NCBI GenBank assembly: GCA_963772365.1 | Contig: CAVYXA010000003.1 | Span: 544,001-608,000, forward strand | Direction: 5' to 3' | Origin: an uncultured Verrucomicrobiae bacterium | Lineage (GTDB): Bacteria > Verrucomicrobiota > Verrucomicrobiia > Chthoniobacterales > UBA10450 | Length of the DNA stretch: 64,000 bases | In this document: positions 7,679 through 17,574 of the stretch, one piece after another | Position numbering within the stretch: the stretch's first letter is position 1 | Layout of the letters: the number at the start of each line of letters is the position of its first letter | Translations under genes and position numbers: made by a program | Notes under the pieces: model-generated | Database searches by the model: none | What the model was told of the DNA's origin: nothing | Seen by the model: only the letters and a program-made list of their open reading frames with translations

Positions 7679-10678
7679 TCAGGCGATCGCGTTCGCCAGT
7701 ACTTCCGCTATGTGCTTTGGGTGCGCGTTTGTAAGATCGAGAATTTGATGTCGGCAACTGGTGCCAGACGCGACGATTTCCGTTCCGGCTGGTTGATCGT
7801 CGATCTTATCGATCAAATGGCGTCCCACTTGGACGGATAGATCGTATTTCTCCGACAGCGCACCGAACCCCCCAGCCATTCCGCAGCAACCGGTATCGAG
7901 GACAGTGGCTTTTCGGCCCGGCAATCGTTCTGATAATCGCGCCATGAATGAGGGATTCAAAATCGATTTCGCATGACAATGCGCATGGATCGCGACGTTC
8001 GCCGATCTATTTTGAAATCGCATCGCATTCGGATGGTGCGAGAGAAAATCGTCCACGAATTTTTCGAACAGAAAACAACGCGACGCGATTTGCTCGGCAT
8101 TGTCGATCTTCAGTTCGCGATAATCTTCCACAAACATCGACCAGCACGACGGCTCGAGAAACAGAACTGCTAGGGCGCGACCGCTGGGCGCGCCGGATCG
8201 AGACGAGAGAAGATCGACATTGTGTTGTCCGAGCTCCCCAGCGTAATCCAGATTTCCCTGGCTAAATGCAGGCCGTCCGCAGCACTTCCGGTTCTTTGGC
8301 AACACAACTTCAAACCCAAGCGCTTCCAGCACCTTCACTGCGGCGATTCCAATGTGCGGCTCGTGATAGCGCACGAATGTATCGTCCCAAAGAATGACTT
8401 TCTTCTGTAGCGGCGCTCTTTGAGCGCCGTTCGGCGGTCGCAGACCGCCGCTACAATGTCGCGCAAACCAGCGATCAAACCGTTCCTTTGCGTAATGCGG
8501 CAACGATCTTCTTGCCGAAAGGCCAAGCGTTTTTTCCATTATCACCCGCAGCGGTTTAAGATCGATAATCGCGTTAGCCAACGACGGCATCGCGCAACCA
8601 ATCCGGCCCAGAAAATCGACATTGCTTAGAATGCGCTCCCGCAACGGCAGGCCATCGCGCTTGTGCCGGGCGTAAAGCATCTCCGCTTTTAGCAAAGCGA
8701 GATTGACGTTCGAAGGACATTCCGGCGTGCAGCCTTTGCAGGAGAGACAATTGCTGAGCGCTGCATCCAGCTCTGCGGATTTGAGAGGATCTTTGGAGTG
8801 CGGTGACACGTCGCCGCTTTCGAAAGCGCGGACATGTCCGCGCACTCCAAGTTCCAATGCGGCTCGAATAATATTCGCCCGTCCTCGTGTGGACATGATC
8901 TCCTCGCCCGTTGCCAGGAACGTCGGGCACATCGTAGGCGCGAGTTTCCGGCAACCGCCGCAGCCATTGCATTGCTCAAGATTCCAGACGAACGAGTGAT
9001 CCTTAAATTCAAATGCGAGTCGCGGCTGAAATGGCAACACGATTGGTGCGATGAAGTTGTCGCGTAAATGATTGTCGATCCTGTGGCTATGTCCGTGCGG
9101 CTGGCATTTGTCGCTGAAAATCTTTCCCGGATTGAAGATATTCTTGGGATCGAAAATGCGCTTGATCTCGCGCATCGCTCCCAGCAATTCATCTCCAAGT
9201 TGCTCGCGCATATATTCCGTGCGCGCGATCCCCACGCCATGTTCGGCGGAGAGCGAGCCTTTGAATTGACGCACGAGCGCGGAAGTTTGGTCGGCGACTT
9301 GTCGAAGCTTTTTCAGATCGCTCGGATCGTGCAGGTCGAGAACGGGCCGGACATGCAGGAGTCCGCTGGCAGCATGCCCGTAATAGCTCGCCTCCAAGCC
9401 AAGCGGTTTCATGATTGATCGGAGCCCGCGGACGTAATCAGGCAATTGCGCAGGGCGAACGGCGGCATCTTCAATGAATGCGACCGGTTTCGCCGGACCG
9501 ACGCAACCGGTCAAAAGCGACAGGCCGGCCTTGCGTACCGACCACGCCAGATCCATCTCTGCTGGATCCGTTAGGGTTTTCGTGCGTAATCCAAGGTTCT
9601 TCGATTGCAGGATCGACAATCGCTCGGCCACGTTATCGTAAAATTCGACGATCAGAATCGATTCGCACGGCTTCGTATCCAGTTCCATCAGATCGCGCGC
9701 CGGTTGAAACAGCAGTTGTCCTTTTGTTTGATCGAGCAGGGGCCGATCGATGTGTTCAATGGCTGCGGGCTTTAGATCGAGCAGCTCGACGGTGGCTTGC
9801 ATCGCTTCAGCAATCGACGCGAAGAAAATCAAGCCGAGTCCCTTTTCTCGCGGTAACTGCGAAATTTTCAATTCCGCGGAAAAAATTGCTGCAAGCGTGC
9901 CTTCGCTGCCGGCGAAAACGGCGGTAAGATCGTTCGGCGCACGCAAAAAGCGTTCTATCCCGTACCCGGGCCAGCGTTTGATCAGGCCGGGCGGCCAGCG
10001 CTCCGACATCTCTCTGGAATGTTCCCGAACGATCTTGAGAACTTGTTGCCGCTCAGCCTCCAGGGCAGCTCGATTGCTGTAGGGGAAGCTGTCAGCTTCC
10101 CGTGCGGCTTCGTTAGTGGGGAAGCTGTCAGCTTCCCCTACAGGTTCAGCGGAACCCACGGATACGATTCGTCCATCGGCCATTACGATTTCCAGCGACG
10201 CAACGTGGTCCGCGGTCGTGCCGTAAATCGGACAGCGTGCGCCGGAAGAATTATTTGCGATCATTCCGCCAAGTGTCGCCCGCGAGCTGGTGGCAACATC
10301 GGGTCCAAAACAAGATCCGTGTGGCTGCAGAAACGAATTCAACTGATCCAGCACCACTCCGGCGCCGACGCGCACCGTGCGATTGTCGATGTTCAGATCG
10401 CTGATCTGGCGATTGTGGCGCGAGAACTCAACAATCAATCCGTCGCCGATCGCGTTGCCGACCAGACTAGTGCCAGCTCCGCGCGGCGTGATGGAAACGC
10501 CTTCATCCGCCGCAGCGCGAATCACCGCGCTGGCCTCCGTCGCACTTCTTGGAAAGGCCACGCCGGCCGGCTTGATTTGGTAAATCGATGCATCGGTGGC
10601 GTAAAGCTGACGTGTCAGATCATCAAAACGGATATCGCACCCCGTCGCGGCAATGATCCTCTGTTGATCAAGAGTCAT
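7679..10678 (-). CDS. FAD-binding and Fe-S-binding oxidoreductase (GlcD/GlcF fusion, YdiJ-like D-2-hydroxyacid dehydrogenase family)
   Basis: RGAGTSLVG, ATLGGMIANNSSG, LSAEHGVG, NPGK, CNGCGGC and CLSCKGC...CP clusters, two CCG domains. Confidence 0.93.
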   Translation of the reverse strand: MTLDQQRIIAATGCDIRFDDLTRQLYATDASIYQIKPAGVAFPRSATEASAVIRAAADEGVSITPRGAGTSLVGNAIGDGLIVEFSRHNRQISDLNIDNRTVRVGAGVVLDQLNSFLQPHGSCFGPDVATSSRATLGGMIANNSSGARCPIYGTTADHVASLEIVMADGRIVSVGSAEPVGEADSFPTNEAAREADSFPYSNRAALEAERQQVLKIVREHSREMSERWPPGLIKRWPGYGIERFLRAPNDLTAVFAGSEGTLAAIFSAELKISQLPREKGLGLIFFASIAEAMQATVELLDLKPAAIEHIDRPLLDQTKGQLLFQPARDLMELDTKPCESILIVEFYDNVAERLSILQSKNLGLRTKTLTDPAEMDLAWSVRKAGLSLLTGCVGPAKPVAFIEDAAVRPAQLPDYVRGLRSIMKPLGLEASYYGHAASGLLHVRPVLDLHDPSDLKKLRQVADQTSALVRQFKGSLSAEHGVGIARTEYMREQLGDELLGAMREIKRIFDPKNIFNPGKIFSDKCQPHGHSHRIDNHLRDNFIAPIVLPFQPRLAFEFKDHSFVWNLEQCNGCGGCRKLAPTMCPTFLATGEEIMSTRGRANIIRAALELGVRGHVRAFESGDVSPHSKDPLKSAELDAALSNCLSCKGCTPECPSNVNLALLKAEMLYARHKRDGLPLRERILSNVDFLGRIGCAMPSLANAIIDLKPLRVIMEKTLGLSARRSLPHYAKERFDRWFARHCSGGLRPPNGAQRAPLQKKVILWDDTFVRYHEPHIGIAAVKVLEALGFEVVLPKNRKCCGRPAFSQGNLDYAGELGQHNVDLLSSRSGAPSGRALAVLFLEPSCWSMFVEDYRELKIDNAEQIASRCFLFEKFVDDFLSHHPNAMRFQNRSANVAIHAHCHAKSILNPSFMARLSERLPGRKATVLDTGCCGMAGGFGALSEKYDLSVQVGRHLIDKIDDQPAGTEIVASGTSCRHQILDLTNAHPKHIAEVLANAIA
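8170..8195 (+). repeat. Single REP-like element in-frame in the oxidoreductase
   Basis: CTAGGGCGCGACCGCTGGGCGCGCCG (GGCGCG/CGCGCC arms); encodes SGAPSGRALA on the minus strand. Confidence 0.55.
8406..8455. repeat. GTAG REP doublet in-frame in the oxidoreductase
   Basis: TGTAGCGGCG...CGCCGCTACA; last 20 nt identical to intergenic 21376-21395; encodes CSGGLRPPNGAQRAPLQ. Confidence 0.85.
8793..8850. repeat. GGAG-type REP doublet in-frame in the oxidoreductase
   Basis: TTGGAGTGCG...CGCACTCCAA with internal hairpins; encodes LGVRGHVRAFESGDVSPHSK. Confidence 0.85.
10078..10142. repeat. GTAG REP doublet in-frame in the oxidoreductase
   Basis: TGTAGGGGAAGCTGTCAGCTTCCC ... GGGGAAGCTGTCAGCTTCCCCTACA; yields the duplicated EADSFP peptide. 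Confidence 0.88.
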
Positions 10679-10684
10679 TCGGTT

Positions 10685-10829
10685 GGGTAGCGCATGCGTC
10701 CCGCGTGCTGGTTTCGCCGTCGCGCCGAAACAATCTTTCCTTGTGTTGTCGCTCTTCGCCAGTGGCGAATCCGGGAAAGTTCGCGAACGCCGGAGGCCTT
10801 CGCCAGCACGCCAGAGGCGTGCGCTACCC
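10685..10829. repeat. Long intergenic REP doublet (REPIN-like)
   Basis: GGGTAGCGCATGC...GCGTGCGCTACCC terminal inverted repeats; fills the dinB-oxidoreductase spacer. Confidence 0.8.
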
Positions 10830-10840
10830 GGAAGGATCGG

Positions 10841-11887
10841 TCACAGCAAGGGGATCTGTGCTTCGGCTGGCATCGTTTCAGCAAACCGAACACCGACGCC
10901 GATCAGGCGGACTGGTTTCCCGGTCCGTCCGAATGCCTCCGCCAGTAACCCGCGAAAATCTGGCAGGTTCGGCGCGAGTCCCGCGCGCTCGGCTGTGGTG
11001 CGACTAAAGTCAGCGAACTTCAGTTTCACGAAAATCTTGGTTACGGCCCGGCTTGATTCCTTCTGCGCAAGATCGGCCATTAAATCCTGAAAAAGTTCCT
11101 CTAGTTTTTCCTCGCATTGCTCGAGAGTGGTAAGATCGACAGCGAATGTTTCCTCGGTGCTGAGCGACTTGCGCGGCCGGTCCGGCTCGACCGGGCGATC
11201 GTCGATGCCGCGACAAAGATCGTACAGCTCGAGCCCGAATTTGCCGAAAAGATCGACCAGCTGCGGTCGGGAAAAGCGCTGAAGATCAGCGCAGGTTTTG
11301 ACCCCGAGCCCTTCGAGTTTTCGCTCTGTTTTCTCTCCGATTCCCCAGATTTTTCGAGCCGGCAGGTCTGCCATAAATTCCGCCACTTCATCAGGCTTCA
11401 CTTCAAATTGCCCGTTCGGTTTCTTTAGTTCGCTCGCGATTTTGGCGATCAATTTATTTGGACCAATTCCGGCTGAGGACGTGAGTTTCGTCTTGCGGAA
11501 AATGGTGCCGCGAATGACTTGAGCCAGAGGACCGGGAGCGCCCGGATGCGCAGTTACATCGAGGTAGGCTTCATCCAATGAAAGCGGCTCAATCAAAGAT
11601 GTGAATCGATGCAGAATGCCGCGGATGATCGCAGCTTCGCGCCGATAAACATCGAACCGGGTCGGCAGCACGATGAGCTGGGGGCAACGTTGCAGAGCCA
11701 TGAACGTCGGCATCGCCGAGCGGACGCCAAATTTTCGCGCCTCGTAATTGCATGTGGTCAGCACGCCGCGCCGCTCGCGTGAGCCGCCCACAGCGACTGG
11801 TTTGCCGCGCAATGCCGGCCGATCCCGCACTTCGATTGCGGCGTAAAAGCAATCCATGTCGAGATGGATAATTGCGCGTTCGCCCAT
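10841..11887 (-). CDS. dinB: DNA polymerase IV
   Basis: IIHLDMDCFYAAIE, NYEARKFGVRSAMP, SLDEAYLD, NKLIAKIASELKKPNG. Confidence 0.97.
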   Translation of the reverse strand: MGERAIIHLDMDCFYAAIEVRDRPALRGKPVAVGGSRERRGVLTTCNYEARKFGVRSAMPTFMALQRCPQLIVLPTRFDVYRREAAIIRGILHRFTSLIEPLSLDEAYLDVTAHPGAPGPLAQVIRGTIFRKTKLTSSAGIGPNKLIAKIASELKKPNGQFEVKPDEVAEFMADLPARKIWGIGEKTERKLEGLGVKTCADLQRFSRPQLVDLFGKFGLELYDLCRGIDDRPVEPDRPRKSLSTEETFAVDLTTLEQCEEKLEELFQDLMADLAQKESSRAVTKIFVKLKFADFSRTTAERAGLAPNLPDFRGLLAEAFGRTGKPVRLIGVGVRFAETMPAEAQIPLL

Positions 11888-12048
11888 GTTCTCATTTCAC
11901 CTCATACACCACTCGGGACAAATGGCAGTTAGATGAGGCATGGCAGACGAAATGCTTTAGCCGTTCTGTTGTGAGTAATAAGGGAAATCGCCGAACCCGG
12001 CGCAAGCTCGACAAGGTGGGCAGACCACGGAAGCAGGATCTTTTCGAT

Positions 12049-12192
12049 ATGGAAACAGATCTGGTTGAGAACAACGGGCGCGTCACCCTGCCGGGCATTT
12101 CCACCGGACCGCGCATGACCGGAATCCATTTTCTGATCCTGATCTTTGCGGCCGCATCTTTATTGGTTGCTGCATTCATCAGGCGAAGATAG
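12049..12192 (+). CDS. Possible small single-TM protein (start uncertain; ATG 12115 also possible)
   Basis: Hydrophobic FLILIFAAASLLVAAF followed by IRRR. Confidence 0.3.
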   Translation: METDLVENNGRVTLPGISTGPRMTGIHFLILIFAAASLLVAAFIRRR

Positions 12193-12292
12193 CCGCCGGC
12201 TATAAAGGCAGGCGGACTGGTGGCGCGTTGATCGACGGCTGATCAAGCTTATAGTCGATCCCGACAGAGGACCTTCATCGACTCACCCGAAA

Positions 12293-12958
12293 ATGTCTCT
12301 CATTCCCAACGAATCGTACAGTTTTCCTGATCTTGAGGAAGGAGCGAAACCGGAGCAGGAAGCTCCCTCCCGGCCTGAGGAGGAGCCGGTCCCGAATCTC
12401 GAAAATCCGCCCGATGTGATCCGGGAGGAAGCGCTCGATCCGGCCATCGATAACATTGAAGAATCGCCTGTGGTCCCGATGGCGGAGCAACCTATGAATC
12501 CATTCCCGATGATTCCTGTGCAACCTGTCGAGCAAACAAGACCGCCTGCTCGAGCGCTAAAACCAATGCCGGTCCGGCCGGTTGAGCCGATAATTCCCGT
12601 TGTGCCCGATCAACTTGGTGGAATCGCGCAGCCGGCTTTCCGTGATAATGAACCGGAAGTCAGGCCGACTAAAACAATGGAGGAGACGCATGCCGAACCG
12701 AAGGCATCAGAGTGGCAAGCTCAGCCGCATTTTCCGCCGCGACGCCGACGCGCCAAATTGATTCGATTTATCGTTTATGAAGCGCTGGCTATCGGCGCGT
12801 TGCTTGTTTTCGCGAAGCTAGAGGTCAACGAGCAATTCCACGGAAATTCCCTTACCTATTTGTATGGGGCGGCGGTGTTTTGTTCGGCTTTGGCGGCCGC
12901 AGTTATTCCTGTGATCTTTTATGCTCTGCCGCCGACACTTCCACCCGGCCGGCAATAG
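12293..12958 (+). CDS. Hypothetical Pro/Glu-rich protein with two C-terminal TM helices
   Basis: Disordered acidic Pro-rich N-terminus, RRRRR, two hydrophobic segments. Confidence 0.7.
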   Translation: MSLIPNESYSFPDLEEGAKPEQEAPSRPEEEPVPNLENPPDVIREEALDPAIDNIEESPVVPMAEQPMNPFPMIPVQPVEQTRPPARALKPMPVRPVEPIIPVVPDQLGGIAQPAFRDNEPEVRPTKTMEETHAEPKASEWQAQPHFPPRRRRAKLIRFIVYEALAIGALLVFAKLEVNEQFHGNSLTYLYGAAVFCSALAAAVIPVIFYALPPTLPPGRQ

Positions 12959-12975
12959 AGCAACTTGTGGCGATT

Positions 12976-13656
12976 GTGACCCGCGTTTTCATGGTCAGGC
13001 ATGGCGCCACAGTCTTGAGCGCTGAAGACCGTTTCGCCGGCGCAACCGATGTCGATCTTTCCGAAGAGGGCCGTGAACAAACACGGCGATTGGCTGACCG
13101 ACTGAGCCGTGAAAAAATCACAGCCGTTTATGCGTCGCCACTGGGACGCGCTGTCGAAACGGCGCAGATTTTGGCTGGGCCGCACAAACTCGAAGTCCAA
13201 ACCCGCGACGAGTTCCGCGAAATTTCGCACGGACGCTGGGAACAACTGACCCGGCGCGAAGTCGAGGAGAAGTTTTCGGAAGAAGCCGCCGAATGGGAAA
13301 AAGACCCGTATACGTTCGCGCCCGCAGGAGGCGAGAGCGGGCTGGCCGTGACGGCGCGAGCCTTACCGGCACTCGTCGATCTCGTTCGCAAGCATTCGGG
13401 TGAAAATATTCTCCTCGTTTCGCACAAAGCGACGATCCGGCTTCTGCTCAGTTCGCTCCTCGGCTTCGATCCCCGTCGCTACCGCGATAACCTCGATCAA
13501 AAACCGGCTGCATTGAACATTGTCGATTTTCGCGACGCGACCCGTGCGCGGCTCACCCTCTTTAACGATACTTCACATTATTCCGAAGCCGGCGAGGCAA
13601 TCCCTTCAGTGCCGGAGGAAAGATTATCGAAATGGTGGAATCGAAAAATGCAGTGA
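12976..13656 (+). CDS. Histidine phosphatase family protein
   Basis: VRHGAT, YASPLGRA.ETA, GGES, VSHK motifs. Confidence 0.92.
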   Translation: MTRVFMVRHGATVLSAEDRFAGATDVDLSEEGREQTRRLADRLSREKITAVYASPLGRAVETAQILAGPHKLEVQTRDEFREISHGRWEQLTRREVEEKFSEEAAEWEKDPYTFAPAGGESGLAVTARALPALVDLVRKHSGENILLVSHKATIRLLLSSLLGFDPRRYRDNLDQKPAALNIVDFRDATRARLTLFNDTSHYSEAGEAIPSVPEERLSKWWNRKMQ

Positions 13657-13723
13657 GCGCAAATTTTTCGGCTTTGCATTCGTCTTCTCTTTTTCGATAT
13701 TAGGCGCGAATCTTTTCTCGAAA

Positions 13724-15618
13724 ATGGACACCGGCACTTCTATCGAAAAACACGAACCAGTCCTTGAGCACGACGAACACGACCATCACGAGCTCGGGTT
13801 CTGGCGAAAATACATTTTTTCCACCGACCACAAAGTCATCGGGATTCAATACGGACTTTGCGGTCTGGTGTTTCTGTGTTCTTCGGTTTCTGTCTGATGA
13901 TGTTGATGCGGTGGCAATTGGCTTATCCCGGGCAGGCTCTGCCAGTGATTGGCAAATGGATTCCCTACATTTTCGGGGCGAACTCAATGCCCGATGGGAA
14001 GATGGCGCCCGATTTCTACAACTCGCTGGGCGCGATGCATGGCACCATCATGATTTTCTTGGGCGTAGTGCCGCTCGCTTTCGCTGCCTTTGGGAACTTC
14101 GTCGTGCCGCTACAGATCGGCGCTCCGGACATGACGTTTCCCAAGGTAAATGCGGCAAGCTTCTGGGCGTTTGCTGTGGGCGGCGTGATCATGCTTTTGA
14201 GTTTCTTCGTGCCGGGCGGCGCGGCCAAAGGTGGATGGACATCCTACACTCCCCTGGCGGCAATTTCGACGATACGGGGCCTGGGCGTCTATCTGGTATT
14301 CAATGGTCAGACGCTTTGGCTGCTCGGATTCATTTTTCTGATTACGTCGTCGCTTCTCGGCGCGGTCAATTTCATCACCACGATCATTCAGCTGCGGGCC
14401 AAAGGTCTTACCTGGATGCGACTGCCATTTTTCGTTTGGGCACAATTTGTGACCGCATTCCTGTTGCTGCTCGCCTTTCCGCCCCTCGAAGCCGCCATCG
14501 TCATGCAACTGATGGATCGCGTCGCCCATACCAGCTTTTTCCTGCCCAGCGGCCTGGTCGTGAATGGCGCGCCGGTCCACATCAGCGGCGGTGGCAGCCC
14601 ACTTCTGTGGCAACATCTCTTTTGGTTTCTCGGACATCCGGAGGTTTACGTCTTGATTTTGCCGGCGTTCGGAATTGTCGGTGAAATCCTCGCGAATAAT
14701 TCGAGAAAACCGCTTTGGGGTTACAAATCCCTCGTCTTTTCCGTGCTCGTGATTGGGTTTCTCTCGTTTGTCGTCTGGGCACATCACATGTGGTTGACGG
14801 GGATGGGCGCGACCGTGAGTGCGTTTTTCCAGACGACCACGCTACTGATCTCAATTCCGTCAGTTATTATTTTGAGCGCCTTTTTCATTTCGCTCTGGGG
14901 CGGCTCGATCCGGTTCACTGTGCCGATGCTTTTTGCGACTGCGTTCTTGCCGATGTTCGGAATTGGTGGCCTGACCGGTATTCCGTTGGCGTTTAATTCC
15001 GCCGATCTCTACCTGCACGATACCTACTACATCATCGCGCATTTCCATTACATCGTCGCCCCCGGCACGATCTTTGGATTATTTGCCGGTGTTTACTACT
15101 GGTTCCCGAAAGCGACCGGCCGAAAGATGAGCGATTTCTGGGGCAAAGTGCATTTCTGGCCCACGCTCATCTGCATGAACGTGATTTTTCTGCCGATGTT
15201 TCTACAGGGAATGGCTGGAATGCATCGGCGCTGGTACGATGGCGGGCAAGGATGGGGCGTTGCCAACGAGCATACCATCTGGGGATTGACTGGCTTTCAA
15301 TGGAACACGCCGATCTCGTGGGCGGCTTGGATCATGGGACTCGCTCAAATCCCGTTCATCATTAATTTCTTCTGGAGCATCAAGCATGGCCAGAAAGTGA
15401 ACGATAATCCGTGGGAAGCGACCACACTTGAGTGGACCGCGCCATCACCCCCGCCTCATGGAAACTTCGTTCACACGCCGGTTGCTTATCGCGGTCCTTA
15501 CGAATACAGCCTGCCCGGAAGCGAGCGTGACTACACGATGCAAAATGAGCCGGTCGAGCCGACGGAGCGCGTGCACAAACCCGCGCATGCGGCCGAGGAG
15601 TTAGTTACGCCAATCTAG
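13724..15618 (+). CDS. ctaD: Cytochrome c oxidase subunit I, A1 type (frameshift ~13875, likely sequencing indel)
   Basis: STDHKVIGIQY in one frame; MHGTIMIF, FWFLGHPEVY, WAHHM, HDTYYIIAHFHY in the next. Confidence 0.93.
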
Positions 15619-15643
15619 CCGAACTTGTTTGCTGATATAACAA

Positions 15644-16520
15644 ATGGAAATTCCATACACAGTCTCGACCCGACCTGACACCGGTTTGTGGAATGCGAAG
15701 ATCGGCATCTGGCTTTTTCTTGCCTCGGAAGTGATGCTCTTCGGCGGTCTTTTCTCCGCCTATATTTTTCTGCGAATCGACGCGCAGCCAGGCATGTGGC
15801 CGCATGGTTTGCTCAATGTTCCCGTCGGCACTTTTAATACCGCGATCCTGATCATATCGTCAGTGACGGTAGTGTTGGCGTGGGCGGCGTTCAAGATGCG
15901 CCGATACAATACTTATTGGTGGTACATGCTGGCGACGATTTCATGTGGAGTGATATTCCTGGTGGTCAAACTTGGTTACGAATGGCCGCAGAAGTTCGAC
16001 CACTTCGGCGCTTACATTAAGCCGGAAGCGCTGGCCAAATACGAACAGTATCTCGGTAACGAACACGCCGCTGCGAAAGGTCTTTCACCGCGGCTCGAGA
16101 TCACCGGCCACCTTCACAATCTTAAGGCACTGCACGATCCAAACATCAAGGAATACGAAGTTGCTTTGGATCCGCTAAACGCCGAGCCAACCAATCCGGA
16201 AACGGATCGCCCGCACTTTTGGCCGCATTCCGCTACGGAGAAGATTGCGGTGATCGAGAAAGAGGATGTCCAATACGCCACGATGTTCCTGCCTAAACAC
16301 AGCGCGTATTTCGCCAGTTATTTCACGATCACTGGCTCTGCACGGGGTCCACGTGCTCGCTGGCGTGCTGGTTTTCATTTACATGTGGTTGCCGGTCAGC
16401 AAGCGGCTCTACCAGCGCAATCCGGAGCATTTGGCCAACCGCGTCGAAGTCGCCGGTCTATTCTGGCACTTTGTCGATCTAATCTGGATTTTCGTATTCC
16501 CACTTTTTTATCTGCTTTAG
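15644..16520 (+). CDS. ctaE: Cytochrome c oxidase subunit III (frameshift ~16335)
   Basis: GIWLFLASEVMLFGGLF, NTAILIISSVT; C-terminal LHGVHV...GLFWHFVDLIWIF in the alternate frame. Confidence 0.9.
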
Positions 16521-16540
16521 CACCCTTGATGAACAAGCAC

Positions 16541-16624
16541 TGTCATGTTGAGCGAAGCGAAACATCTCAATCTTCCCGTATCGGGAGAAATGATCAGAGA
16601 TTCTTCGCTTTGCTCAGAATGACA
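16541..16624. repeat. TGTCAT...ATGACA palindromic element
   Basis: TGTCATGTTGAGCGAAGCGAAACATCTC ... GAGATTCTTCGCTTTGCTCAGAATGACA; related half at 21281-21308. Confidence 0.8.
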
Positions 16625-16644
16625 ATTTGAGAAAGCATAGGTTC

Positions 16645-16988
16645 ATGAACAACCCGCCAGACGTTTCACCCGACTCGAAGGAATACGAGGAATACGCCCA
16701 CGGGATCCGCAAACACGTGAAGGGCTATCTGATGGTCGGCGCGATTCTTATCACGTTCACCGCTCTTACCGTCGCGCTTTCCTATGTGAATTTCGGCACG
16801 CCAAAAGCGAACATCGCAGTCGCGATGCTCGTGGCCATGATTAAGGCCGGCTGCGTGGCGGCTGTATTCATGCATCTGGCCGCAGAGAAACGACTCATTT
16901 ACCGAATCCTGATTTTCACCGGCTTCTTTGTGCTCGGACTTTTCTGGCTTACATTTTCTGGCTTGGTACAACCCCGTTGTTCGATAAA
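16645..16988 (+). CDS. ctaF: Cytochrome c oxidase subunit IV family protein (probable indel near 3' end)
   Basis: Three TM segments, KAGCVAAVFMHL motif; follows ctaE. Confidence 0.85.
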
Positions 16989-17197
16989 TGTCACTCAAGG
17001 GATTTCACATTTTTTTCATCGTTTTCACAACCGTGATGGCGCTGGGCGTCGGCGCATGGTGCATATGGGTTAATTGGTGGAAGGCGAGCCGATTTTTATC
17101 GCCGGCGCCATTGCTTCATTCGCGTCCGCCATTGCTCTGGTAATTTACGGCGTCTGGTTTTACCGAAAAATGAAACGATCTGCGTCTCATCACATGA
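16988..17197 (+). CDS. Small two-TM membrane protein in the cox operon (frameshift ~17073)
   Basis: MSLKGFHIFFIVFTTVMALGVGAWCIWV, continuing in another frame as GEPIFIAGAIASFASAIALVIYGVWFYRKMKR. Confidence 0.6.
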
Positions 17198-17574
17198 AAC
17201 AACTGCATTCGATTTCGCGACAGCTTTTGGAGTGCGACACCTTGGCGTCGCTTTCGCAACGACGCGCGAAAAGCGGTGCGAGGACGCCCCGCACTCCTAA
17301 AGCGCTTCGCGCGAAACTCAGCAAGACTTTCTCGGTGCTTCTAATGTTGATCTTGCTTTCCGCTCAGCAGGCGGCCGCTTGTCCATTTTGCTATGGCGCC
17401 AAGGATGGCAAAGCGTCCGAGCACATGGCCGTCGCAATCTGGTTTCTATTTGGTGCAGTGCTGTCGGTTTTTGGCGGCATCGGCGCATTCAGTTTTCATC
17501 TCTGGCGTCATGGGCGAATGCCGACTCCTCCTTACGAGGAACTGACCGAGGACGATTTGACCAAATATGACTAG
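17194..17574 (+). CDS. Small membrane protein with a CPxC motif; REP-derived N-terminal segment
   Basis: Signal-like LLMLILLSAQQAAA, CPFCYG, one TM, acidic tail; start could lie after the repeat. Confidence 0.65.
   Translation: MKQLHSISRQLLECDTLASLSQRRAKSGARTPRTPKALRAKLSKTFSVLLMLILLSAQQAAACPFCYGAKDGKASEHMAVAIWFLFGAVLSVFGGIGAFSFHLWRHGRMPTPPYEELTEDDLTKYD
17213..17316. repeat. Long GGAG-type palindromic element
   Basis: TTTCGCG..GCTTTTGGAGTGCG...CGCACTCCTAAAGCGCTTCGCGCGAAA; same family and orientation as 20492-20603. Confidence 0.8.

Noticed and set aside
10078..10142. Direct repeat GGGAAGCTGTCAGCTTCCC as a mini-CRISPR
   Set aside because: Only two units, short spacer, inverted GTAG ends, inside a CDS, no cas genes; fits a REP doublet
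12228..12246. TTGATC-N7-GATCAA palindrome resembling an FNR box
   Set aside because: FNR needs TTGAT-N4-ATCAA; the spacing here is N9 and it is not next to the cox promoter
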